In this document: positions 1-7,610 of the stretch, one piece after another | Numbering within the stretch: the stretch's first letter is position 1 | Layout of the letters: each line of letters starts with the position of its first letter | Source of the DNA: Solirubrobacterales bacterium | GTDB taxonomy: Bacteria > Actinomycetota > Thermoleophilia > Solirubrobacterales > 70-9 | Length of the DNA stretch: 33,573 nt | Assembly: GCA_036374255.1 (NCBI GenBank) | Contig: DASUUD010000152.1 | Span: 1 to 33,573 of the forward strand | Reading direction: 5' to 3' | The notes under the pieces: model-generated | Told to the model about the DNA's origin: nothing | What the model saw: only the letters and a program-made list of their open reading frames with translations | Databases searched by the model: none | Position numbers and translations under genes: made by a program

Positions 1-16
1 GGGACCGCGCTGAGCC

Positions 17-1099
17 ATGACGGTCGACGCGACGATCGTCGATGCCGGTGGGCGCGATGTGCGCGTCAGCAATCCGGATCGGGTGATCTTCCCGGCTACG
101 AGTCGCTCTCCCGAGTTGAAGAAGCTCGACATCGTCGAGTACTACCTGGCGGTCGGCGACGGGATCATGCGAGCGGTTGGGAACCGGCCGACCACCCTCG
201 AGCGCTGGCCGAAGGGGGTCCACCCGGGGATCGTCGTCTCGACGCGGCAGAAAGGCGGTGGGGACGCGTTCTTCCAGAAGCGGGTTCCGCGGGGGGCGCC
301 GCAGTACGTGCGGACAGCCCGAATCGACTTCCCGTCGGGTCGGCACGCGGACGAGGTCTGTCCAGGCGAGCTGGCGGTGGTGGCCTGGGCGGCCCAGATG
401 GGGACGATCACCTTCCACCCTTGGCCGGTGCGCGCGGAGGACGTCGAGCATCCCGACGAGTTGCGGCTCGACCTGGACCCCCAGGGGGGCACCGACTTCA
501 TCGACGCGGTGCGGGTCGCGGCGGAGGCCCGGGGGCTCCTGGAGGAGCTCGGCTACGCCGGCTTCCCGAAGACGTCGGGCGGTAGGGGTGTTCACATCTA
601 TGTGCGGATCGAGCCACGGTGGAGCTTCACGGAGGTCCGCCACGCCGCCATCGCCTTCGGGCGCGAGCTGGAGCGAAGGCTGCCCGGGCAGGTGACGACG
701 AAGTGGTGGAAGGAGGAGCGCGGCGAACAGATCTTTGTCGACTACAACCAGAACGCCCGTGACCGGACCATCGCCTCCGCCTACAGCGTGCGGCCGAAGC
801 CCGGCGCGCCGGTCTCGGCGCCGGTGACCTGGGACGAGCTGCCGGAGGTCGCCCCCGAGGACTTCACGGTCGCGACGCTGCCCGCCCGCTTCGCGGCTGG
901 GGGAGACCCCCACGCGGCGATCGACGACATCGCCCATTCGCTGCAGCCGCTGCTCGACCTCTACGAGCGCGATGCCGACGAAGGGGCGGGCGACATGCCC
1001 TACCCGCCCTCCTATCCCAAGATGCCGGGCGAGCCAAAGCGGGTGCAGCCGTCGCGCGACCTGGATCGTCGCTGCCCTCGGCGGCGAAGCGCTGATTAG
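17..1099 (+). CDS. LigD-type NHEJ primase-polymerase, stand-alone polymerase domain
   Basis: 360-aa ORF with blocks I recognise from LigD Pol/PrimPol domains (VRVSNPDRVIFP, TFHPWP, PDELRLDLDP, GFPKTSGGRGVHIYVRI, IFVDYNQNARDRTIASAYSVRP) and the usual YPKMPGEPKRVQPSR tail. No ligase or nuclease module in the ORF. Confidence 0.85.
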   Translation: MTVDATIVDAGGRDVRVSNPDRVIFPATSRSPELKKLDIVEYYLAVGDGIMRAVGNRPTTLERWPKGVHPGIVVSTRQKGGGDAFFQKRVPRGAPQYVRTARIDFPSGRHADEVCPGELAVVAWAAQMGTITFHPWPVRAEDVEHPDELRLDLDPQGGTDFIDAVRVAAEARGLLEELGYAGFPKTSGGRGVHIYVRIEPRWSFTEVRHAAIAFGRELERRLPGQVTTKWWKEERGEQIFVDYNQNARDRTIASAYSVRPKPGAPVSAPVTWDELPEVAPEDFTVATLPARFAAGGDPHAAIDDIAHSLQPLLDLYERDADEGAGDMPYPPSYPKMPGEPKRVQPSRDLDRRCPRRRSAD

Positions 1100-1959
1100 G
1101 GCGATTGCGGCAGCTTGACCGCGCCGCGCTGAGTGACCGGAGCCGACGGCGGCGGAACGACCGGCCCGATGTCACCGTCAGGGGCCTCGTCGAGGTCCAC
1201 GATCACCGGCGCGTGGTCGCTCGGCCCTTTGCCTTTGCGTGCCAGCCGGTCGACCCACGCCGCGCGCACCCTGGGGGCAACCGGCGCGCCGGCAAGGATC
1301 AGGTCGATCCGCATCCCGAGGTCCCGGTGGAACATCCCGGCTCGGTAGTCCCAGTAGGTGAAGATCCGCTTGCCCAGCCAGCGGTCGCGGACGACGTCGC
1401 GCAGGCCGAGCGCCTGGAGCTCCGCGAGCGCGGCGCGCTCTGGCGCCGTGACGTGCGTCTGCCCGACGTAGGCCTCTGGGTCGAACACGTCCTCGTCGGT
1501 CGGGGCGACGTTCATGTCGCCGCAGACCGCCATCGCGTCGGGCCCTGCGGCCACCGCGCCGCGCAGCGCAGCCAGCCATGCGAGCTTGTACTCGTAGTGC
1601 TCGGAACCCGGCTCGCGTCCGTTCGGCACATAGACCGAGTACACACGAATTCCGTCACAGGTGGCGGACAGCGCGCGCGCCTCCGGATCGGGGAATCCGG
1701 GCGCGCCCGCGAGACCTCGGACAACGTCCTCCAACCCGACGCGCGAGAGGATCGCGACGCCGTTCCAGGTTGCCTCGCCGTGGACGGCGACCTCGTAGCC
1801 GCGGTCCGCCAGCACGTCCCCGAGCAGGTCGAGGCAGGCGTCGTCGGCGAGCCTCGTCTCCTGCAGGCAGACCACATCCGGACGCCGTTCGTCCAGCCAG
1901 GACAGCAGTCGTGGCAGCCGCTGCTGGACGGAGTTCACGTTCCAGGTGGCGATCCGCAC
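1096..1959 (-). CDS. xthA: Exodeoxyribonuclease III / AP endonuclease (EEP fold)
   Basis: VRIATWNVNSVQQRLPRLLSWLDERRPDVVCLQETRL at the N-terminus and SDHAPVIVDL near the C-terminus are classic ExoIII blocks. The track ORF runs to 2001, but the GTG at 1959 gives the canonical N-terminus, so the start is uncertain (1959 or 2001). Confidence 0.85.
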   Translation of the reverse strand: MRIATWNVNSVQQRLPRLLSWLDERRPDVVCLQETRLADDACLDLLGDVLADRGYEVAVHGEATWNGVAILSRVGLEDVVRGLAGAPGFPDPEARALSATCDGIRVYSVYVPNGREPGSEHYEYKLAWLAALRGAVAAGPDAMAVCGDMNVAPTDEDVFDPEAYVGQTHVTAPERAALAELQALGLRDVVRDRWLGKRIFTYWDYRAGMFHRDLGMRIDLILAGAPVAPRVRAAWVDRLARKGKGPSDHAPVIVDLDEAPDGDIGPVVPPPSAPVTQRGAVKLPQSP

Positions 1960-2034
1960 CCATCGGACGGTACTCGCCGGGCCGCAAGGGCCTGTTCCCA
2001 TTCACGGGGACCTTCGGCGCTCGAGGCCAGACAG

Positions 2035-2055
2035 GTCGAGCGATTGCAGCTCGAC
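2035..2055 (-). terminator. Candidate hairpin downstream of the DUF1801 gene
   Basis: GTCGAGC (2035-2041) and GCTCGAC (2049-2055) form a perfect 7-bp stem with a 7-nt loop, 18 nt past the stop at 2073. A second short CCCC/GGGG hairpin is adjacent. No U-tract. Confidence 0.3.
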
Positions 2056-2072
2056 CCCGCGAGTGGGGGGCT

Positions 2073-2555
2073 TCAGCTCACCGCTTTCTTCACGAGCGCA
2101 GCAATTTTCTTCTCGGTGGCGGTGGTCAGCTCCTTCAGAGCGAACGAGGTCGGCCACATTGCGCCTTCGTCGAGATTCGCCTTGTCGCTGAAGCCGAATG
2201 TCGCGTACCTCGATTTGAATTTCTGCGCGCTTTGGAAGAAGCAGACGACTTTGCCGTCCTTGGCGTAGGCGGGCATCCCGTACCAGGTTCTCGGCGAGAG
2301 GTTTGGCGCGCTGGCTTTGACGATCGCATGAATCCGCTCGGCCATGGCGCGATCCGGTTCTGACATCTCGGCGATCTTCGCGAGCACGTCGCCTTCCCCG
2401 TCGGCCTTGCCTGCGCCGCGGCGCCCGGCCGCCTTCAGCTCCCGGGCGCGCTCCTTCATCGCGGCTCGCTCCTCGTCCGTGAACCCCTCGGACGCCTTGC
2501 CCCTGCTCTTGGCGGACTTTTTCGTGCCCCTCTTTACGGGTTTCTTCTCAGCCAT
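2073..2555 (-). CDS. DUF1801 (YdhG-like) domain protein with Lys/Arg-rich N-terminal tail
   Basis: C-terminal part ([49 protein letters not shown]) matches the YdhG/DUF1801 pattern as I know it. The ATG at 2555 is preferred over the GTG at 2564. Confidence 0.7.
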   Translation of the reverse strand: MAEKKPVKRGTKKSAKSRGKASEGFTDEERAAMKERARELKAAGRRGAGKADGEGDVLAKIAEMSEPDRAMAERIHAIVKASAPNLSPRTWYGMPAYAKDGKVVCFFQSAQKFKSRYATFGFSDKANLDEGAMWPTSFALKELTTATEKKIAALVKKAVS

Positions 2556-2636
2556 GCGATACACCCCGTGGCTTCGCCGGGCGGCTCAGCGTAGCTCCTG
2601 GATGTGGAGCAGGTTGCCCGCTCCAGCGGCGGTCGC

Positions 2637-3629
2637 TCACGTGGAGAGCCGCGGCGGCGATTGACCCGCCCGCGCGGCGGGATCAGGCTTGCGCCGCTCG
2701 CCCGCGGCGGTCGACGCGTAGGCGGCCACGAAACCCTCTCGCCAGCTCGGGTAGCGAAGCTCCCAGCCGAGCTCGCGCTTGGCCTTCGCGTTCGAGGCGC
2801 CGCGGGCCTCGGTGCCGATCATCACCACGAATTCGCCGGCGAGCAGCCGCGCCAGCCAGGCGGGAAAGCGTCGGGGCGGCTTGGCGCCGAGCACCTCCGC
2901 GAGCACCGGCAGCCACTCGCGCGCGGGGGCGGGCTCGTCGTCGACGACGTTGTAGATGCCGGCTTCGCCCCGCTCGAGCGCGAGCACGGTCGCTGCTGCG
3001 GCGTCCTCGAGGTGGACGAACGAGGTGACGCCGCCCCCGTTGCCGATGATCGGGAACTGGCGCTTGCGCACCGGCCCGGGCAGCCCGTCGTTGGCGGCGC
3101 CGTAGAAGGCGCCGTAGCGGAGCGCGATGCCGCCGGCCTCGGTCACGGCCTCGTCGTTATGGCGCATCGCGGCGAAGCTCTCACGCGCCGCCGGCACCGG
3201 CCTGGGGTCGAGCGGGTCGTCCTCGGTCTTCACCGGACCGCCCTCGCGCAGATAGCGATAGCTGGCGAAGCTTTGGGCGACGATCCGGCGCACGCCCGCC
3301 TCGCGCGCAGCGGCCAGCAGCGCGTCGGTGCCCTCGGTCCGCAGCCTGTTCGTTCGATGGAATCTGCGGTCGAAGTGCTTGAAATCACTCAGATTCGCCA
3401 GCGCCGTCGCCTCGTGGACGATCGCCTCGGGCTCGGAAGCAAGGACGGCCTTGCGAACGGCGCGCGCGTCGAGTAGGTCGAGCGCGACCGGCTTTGCCCC
3501 GAGCGCCCGCACCCGCTTGGCACCCGCGGGCGAGGTGGAGGTGCCGATCACCTCGTGCCCCACTTCGATCAGCTGGGGGACGAGCCGGGTTCCGATCGCC
3601 CCGCTCGCTCCTGCAACGAACACTCGCAT
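2637..3629 (-). CDS. NAD(P)-dependent epimerase/dehydratase family (extended SDR) oxidoreductase
   Basis: N-terminal Rossmann motif MRVFVAGASGAIGTRLVPQL, about 330 aa, SDR-like layout. RBS AAAGGAG lies 5 nt upstream of the ATG at 3629. Confidence 0.85.
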   Translation of the reverse strand: MRVFVAGASGAIGTRLVPQLIEVGHEVIGTSTSPAGAKRVRALGAKPVALDLLDARAVRKAVLASEPEAIVHEATALANLSDFKHFDRRFHRTNRLRTEGTDALLAAAREAGVRRIVAQSFASYRYLREGGPVKTEDDPLDPRPVPAARESFAAMRHNDEAVTEAGGIALRYGAFYGAANDGLPGPVRKRQFPIIGNGGGVTSFVHLEDAAAATVLALERGEAGIYNVVDDEPAPAREWLPVLAEVLGAKPPRRFPAWLARLLAGEFVVMIGTEARGASNAKAKRELGWELRYPSWREGFVAAYASTAAGERRKPDPAARAGQSPPRLST

Positions 3630-3642
3630 GACGTCTCCTTTC

Positions 3643-3669
3643 GGTCACATCGACTCGATTTCAGGGGTC
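3643..3669 (+). promoter_or_regulatory. Second, weaker GGTCACA-N16-GGTC element facing the sigma gene
   Basis: The plus strand has GGTCACA (3643-3649), exactly 16 nt, then GGTC (3666-3669), about 38 nt upstream of the sigma ATG. The -10-like box deviates from CGTC. Confidence 0.3.
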
Positions 3670-3678
3670 TAGTGCTAT

Positions 3679-3705
3679 GACGCAATGAGAGGGAGGAATG
3701 TGACC
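3679..3705 (-). promoter_or_regulatory. ECF41-type promoter candidate GGTCACA-N16-CGTC driving the epimerase gene
   Basis: The minus strand reads GGTCACA (3705-3699), a 16-nt spacer, then CGTC (3682-3679). This is about 50 nt upstream of the epimerase ATG and matches the TGTCACA-N16-CGTC motif recalled for ECF41 target promoters. Confidence 0.5.
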
Positions 3706-3706
3706 G

Positions 3707-4579
3707 ATGGATGAGCGAGACTGGCTGGCGGAGCGATTCGAGGAGCACCGGGGCCGGCTGCGAGCGGTGGCCTACCGGATGCTCGGCTCGGTGACCGAGG
3801 CCGACGACGCTGTCCAGGAGGCCTGGCTGCGGCTCAGCCGCTCGGATGCGGACGAGATCGACAACCTGGGGGCCTGGCTGACGACGGTGGTAGGACGGGT
3901 GTCGCTCAACATGCTCCGGTCACGGCGGTCGCGGCACGAAGAGCCTCTGGAGGTCCGCGTCCCGGAGCCGATCGTCGACCGCGCCGACGGGACCGACCCC
4001 GAGCACGAGGCGCTGGTGGCGGACTCCGTCGGCCTCGCGCTTCTGGTCGTGCTCGAGAGGCTGAGCCCCGCCGAGCGGCTCGCATTCGTGCTCCATGACA
4101 TCTTCGCCGTGCCCTTCGAGGAGATCGCGACGATCGTCGACCGCTCCCCCGAGGCGACCCGCCAGCTGGCGAGCCGCGCCCGCCGCCGCGTGCGGACCGA
4201 GAACACCGTCCCCGACGCCGGCCTCGACGCTCAGCGAGAGGTCGTCGAGGCCTTCCTCGCGGCCGCGCGCGACGGTGACTTCGACCGACTGGTCGCAGTT
4301 CTAGACCCCGATGTCGTCCTCAGAGCCGACCTCGGCGCAGCCGGATCGCGAGAAGTCCAGGGGGCTGAGGCGGTCATTGGCCAGGCCATGTTCTATTCGC
4401 AGCTCGGGCTCGCCATGAAGCCGGCGCTAATCAACGGCGCGGTGGGGGTGGTCACCACGCGGGACGGACAGCCCTTCTCGGTCGGAGGTTTCACCGTGCG
4501 AGGCGGAAGGATCGTCGAGATGGACTGGCTCGCCGACCGCGAGCGCCTTCGCGAGCTCGACCTGACGATCCTCGACTGA
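3707..4579 (+). CDS. ECF sigma factor with fused C-terminal SnoaL/NTF2-like extension (SigJ/ECF41-like)
   Basis: Region 2 (AVAYRMLGSVTEADDAVQEAWLRL) and region 4 (LSPAERLAFVLHDIFAVPFEEIATIVDRSPEATRQLASRARRRV) are followed by about 100 extra residues. RBS GGGAGGA is upstream. No anti-sigma gene is adjacent. Confidence 0.9.
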   Translation: MDERDWLAERFEEHRGRLRAVAYRMLGSVTEADDAVQEAWLRLSRSDADEIDNLGAWLTTVVGRVSLNMLRSRRSRHEEPLEVRVPEPIVDRADGTDPEHEALVADSVGLALLVVLERLSPAERLAFVLHDIFAVPFEEIATIVDRSPEATRQLASRARRRVRTENTVPDAGLDAQREVVEAFLAAARDGDFDRLVAVLDPDVVLRADLGAAGSREVQGAEAVIGQAMFYSQLGLAMKPALINGAVGVVTTRDGQPFSVGGFTVRGGRIVEMDWLADRERLRELDLTILD

Positions 4580-4669
4580 CTGTCCCCATCATCCGACGCC
4601 GTGCGATGAGTCCTCGGCTCCAGGCCGGTCAAATAGATTGAAAGCCACGGATCCAAGGAGTCACGACTG

Positions 4670-5578
4670 ATGCAGAAGATCACGCCGCACCTCTGGTTCG
4701 ACACCGAGGCGAGGCAGGCGGCCGAGTTCTACAGCGAGGTGTTTCCAGACTCTCAGGTCACAAACCTGACCACGCTTCGCGACACGCCCTCGGGCGACTG
4801 CGACGTGGTCTCGTTCCGGGTCTGGGGGCACGACTTCATGGCCATCAGCGCCGGCCCCGAGTTCAAGATCAACCCGTCGATCTCGTTCATCGTCAACTTC
4901 GACCCCAGTGAGGGCGGCGAGGCGCGGGGGCGGCTCGATCGGATCTGGGCGCAGCTGGCTCAGGGAGGAAACGAGCTCATGCCCCTCGGCGAGTACCCGT
5001 TCAGCAAGCGCTACGGCTGGGTCGAGGACCGTTTCGGGGTCTCCTGGCAGTTGATCCTCTCGAGCGCCGAGGGCGATCCACGGCCATCGATCGTGCCGTC
5101 GCTGATGTTCACCGGCGAGGTGTGCGGGCGGGCCGAGGAGGCGCTCGAGTTCTATACGTCGGTCTTCCGGGGCTCCGAGCGCGGCCTCGTCGCCCGCTAC
5201 CCGGAGGGCTCAGAGCCCGACGAGCCCGGCACGATCATGTTCTCGGACTTCAGCCTGGCCGACGATTGGTTCGCGGCCATGGACAGCGCCAGGGCGCACG
5301 ACTTCGGGTTCAACGAGGCCGTCTCGCTGATGGTCAGCTGCGCGGACCAGGAGGAGATCGACTACTACTGGGAGCGGCTCTCGGCGGTACCCGAGGCCGA
5401 GCAGTGCGGCTGGCTCAAGGACCGGTTCGGCGTCTCCTGGCAGATCACCCCGGCGGACCTGGGGGAGATGATCAGCGCCGGCACCCCGGAGCAGATTGCC
5501 CGCGTGACCCAGGCGTTTCTGCCGATGAAGAAGTTCGACCTGGCGGAGCTTCGAAGGGCCTACCAAGGCGGCGACTGA
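4670..5578 (+). CDS. VOC-superfamily protein, tandem PhnB / 3-demethylubiquinone-9 3-methyltransferase-like domains
   Basis: Two copies of the pattern (KITPHLWFDTEARQAAEFYSEVF ... RFGVSWQL and IVPSLMFTGEVCGRAEEALEFYTSVF ... RFGVSWQI). RBS AAGGAG lies 9 nt upstream. Confidence 0.8.
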   Translation: MQKITPHLWFDTEARQAAEFYSEVFPDSQVTNLTTLRDTPSGDCDVVSFRVWGHDFMAISAGPEFKINPSISFIVNFDPSEGGEARGRLDRIWAQLAQGGNELMPLGEYPFSKRYGWVEDRFGVSWQLILSSAEGDPRPSIVPSLMFTGEVCGRAEEALEFYTSVFRGSERGLVARYPEGSEPDEPGTIMFSDFSLADDWFAAMDSARAHDFGFNEAVSLMVSCADQEEIDYYWERLSAVPEAEQCGWLKDRFGVSWQITPADLGEMISAGTPEQIARVTQAFLPMKKFDLAELRRAYQGGD

Positions 5579-5697
5579 GGGACTGAAGGAGTGCCGCGCC
5601 CGCGGGGAGCACCGGGTTAGCAGCGGGGCGGCGGGGTACCCAATGCCCTGGTCGGAGTTTTCGCAACCGTGGGCAGGGACCCTTGGCCTGCCGGAAA

Positions 5698-6132
5698 ATG
5701 CGCGTCGAAGAGAGCATCGAGATCAAGAGGCCGCTGCAGGAGGTGTTCGACTACGTCTCCGACGTGGGCAACTACCCGGCGTGGATGGCTCATGCCATGG
5801 AGGTCTTCTCAGACACACCGGGGCCACCGAAGCAGGGCAATAGGTTCACCGTCACCATCAAGTCTGTTGGTCACCGCTTCGAAACCCCCTACGAGAGGAC
5901 CTCTTATGAAGCCAACAGTCGGTGTACAGATCGAGCCGTGGGTGGGCCGATCCCCAACCAGTGGTGGCACTGGGCCGTTCAGGAGGTGCCTGGTGGGACG
6001 TGCGTGACGCGAGCCGTGGACGCCGAGCCGGGTGGCTTGCTCAAGCTGTTGGAGCCGCTTCAGAAGCGGGCAGCCGAACGCCAACTGAGAAAAGACCTGC
6101 GGATGCTCAAGGAGTTGCTAGAGGCGCCGTAG
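5698..6132 (+). CDS. SRPBCC (START / polyketide cyclase-like) family protein
   Basis: MRVEESIEIKRPLQEVFDYVSDVGNYPAWM is the typical SRPBCC N-terminus, about 144 aa. The track ORF begins at a TTG at 5683; the ATG at 5698 is preferred. Confidence 0.75.
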   Translation: MRVEESIEIKRPLQEVFDYVSDVGNYPAWMAHAMEVFSDTPGPPKQGNRFTVTIKSVGHRFETPYERTSYEANSRCTDRAVGGPIPNQWWHWAVQEVPGGTCVTRAVDAEPGGLLKLLEPLQKRAAERQLRKDLRMLKELLEAP

Positions 6133-6200
6133 GAACGACTCGTCGACGTCGGGGTCCCGCTGGGATCGATCTACACAAGTCGTGCTGATCTCCCAAAATT

Positions 6201-6236
6201 CACCCGAGAGGGGGCCCTCGGACTCCCTCTCGGGTG
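6201..6236. terminator. Bidirectional hairpin between convergent genes
   Basis: CACCCGAGAGGG (6201-6212) and CCCTCTCGGGTG (6225-6236) form a perfect 12-bp stem with a 12-nt loop. On the minus strand it is followed by AAUUUUGGG. It lies between the stops at 6132 (+) and 6320 (-). Confidence 0.6.
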
Positions 6237-6319
6237 CGGGAATCGGCTAGCGCCCGACCCTAGAAATCGTTTCGTCAATAGGACGTGGACGCTTCAGCAG
6301 CAGCAGGATCGTTCTCCCG

Positions 6320-6568
6320 CTACTCGAAACAGGCGTCCGCAATGAGCGGCGCCGTGATCGAGTTGGCGGTCTCTGAGACCACTTCATTTCTTTTACCCCC
6401 GACCCCGGTACCGGAATTCGAAACGACCGCCATACAGCCATTCAGAACATTTCCCCCCGGCTGCTCGGGATAGGTTTCCCCCGGAGCCCCGGCGTCAGCC
6501 GAAGCCGGGCTCGTGCTGAGTGCCATGACGGCAGCAGCGACCAGGACGGAGACGATTCGACGCTTCAT
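6320..6568 (-). CDS. Small secreted protein (82 aa) with Sec signal peptide, function unknown
   Basis: Internal ATG at 6568 of track ORF 6320..6829, preceded by GGAGAAGGAGAAACCGAG. MKRRIVSVLVAAAVMALSTSPASA is a positively charged n-region, hydrophobic core and AxA site. The mature part has two Cys. The hairpin at 6201-6236 lies downstream. Confidence 0.6.
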   Translation of the reverse strand: MKRRIVSVLVAAAVMALSTSPASADAGAPGETYPEQPGGNVLNGCMAVVSNSGTGVGGKRNEVVSETANSITAPLIADACFE

Positions 6569-6744
6569 CTCGGTTTCTCCTTCTCCTTCGAGAACGCTGG
6601 ACTTTCTGCCCATGACCCCAGGACGAGGAGGCCATTCTTTTTCTTCCCCATCCGAAGTCGATGCCGCTTCCCAGTTGGAGCGGAGCCGGTTGACCGGCTC
6701 GATTCGGCGTAACCTTGCACTGGAGCCAAGCCAGGAGGCCATCG

Positions 6745-7044
6745 ATGTCAATGGAGATGTACGCGATTCGGCGCCGCGGCTGTTGGCGGTCGCCGGAGGA
6801 GACCCGGGAAGCCGGCGAACGCTCCACACGGGTTGCCGAGGAAATGTCGGACGACGTTCGCTGGATTCGTAGCTATGTCTTGGAAGAGGCCGACGGCATG
6901 ATCGGGTCGATCTGCATCTACAGGGCGAGCAGTCCAGAGGCGATCAGGGAGCACGGATCGCGGGCACACGTTCCCGTTGACGAGGTGACTCAGGTTGGAG
7001 ATACGGTCATTGTCAATGCGGACCCGCAGGACGCTGTGGCCTAG
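6745..7044 (+). CDS. DUF4242 family small protein
   Basis: About 99 aa. The pattern MYAIRR...VRWIRSYV...CIYRASSPEAIREH...VPVDEVTQV resembles DUF4242 proteins. AGGAGG (6733-6738) lies 6 nt upstream of the ATG at 6745. Confidence 0.65.
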   Translation: MSMEMYAIRRRGCWRSPEETREAGERSTRVAEEMSDDVRWIRSYVLEEADGMIGSICIYRASSPEAIREHGSRAHVPVDEVTQVGDTVIVNADPQDAVA

Positions 7045-7060
7045 GCCAGACTTGACCGAT

Positions 7061-7591
7061 ATGCCCACCGCAACGAAGGTGCTCGGCGACAGGCTCTCGC
7101 CGCTCGATCGAAGGCCGCGGACCTTCGCTTCTCCGGGAGAGGCGCTGAGGGAGCTTGCCGGCGCCGTCTCGCGCACGCCGGTTCTCGCCTCCGCCTACCT
7201 GCAGGGTGGGCTCGAGCCCGAGCTGCGGGAGCGGGTGATGGTCGCCGTGAGCAGGGTCAACGCCTGCCGTGGCTGCACTCGGGTGCATGAGCGCTGGGCG
7301 ATCCGCACCGGCGTCACCTCCAAGGAGCTCGAGGCGATCGGCCAAGGCGATCTTGCCGCGCTCGACGACCGCAATCGCGCCGCGATCGTCTACGCCACGG
7401 CTCTGGCCGAAGCACGGTTCCGCGGTCCGGTCGGGGCAGATCTTGTCGCCGACGTCGCCGAGTCCCTGACGGCGTCGGAGATGACTGCCGTCGAGGCCGT
7501 GGCCAGGGTGATGTGTCTGGCGAACCTGTCGGCGAACACGGCCGAATCCCTGGTCGAGCGGTTGCGCGCAGAGGTCGTCGGGGCCGACTGA
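7061..7591 (+). CDS. Carboxymuconolactone decarboxylase (AhpD-like) family protein
   Basis: CxxCxxxH signature (ACRGCTRVH) in an all-helical, roughly 176-aa protein. The ATG at 7061 follows the DUF4242 stop. Confidence 0.8.
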   Translation: MPTATKVLGDRLSPLDRRPRTFASPGEALRELAGAVSRTPVLASAYLQGGLEPELRERVMVAVSRVNACRGCTRVHERWAIRTGVTSKELEAIGQGDLAALDDRNRAAIVYATALAEARFRGPVGADLVADVAESLTASEMTAVEAVARVMCLANLSANTAESLVERLRAEVVGAD

Positions 7592-7610
7592 TGTGAGCTA
7601 ACGTGGCCCC

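Noticed and set aside
4627-4653. GGTCAAA-N16-GATC upstream of the VOC gene, a possible third sigma-dependent promoter
   Set aside because: Three mismatches to the GGTCACA/CGTC boxes. A transcript starting downstream of it would begin inside or past the AAGGAG RBS (4655-4660), leaving no leader. Probably chance.
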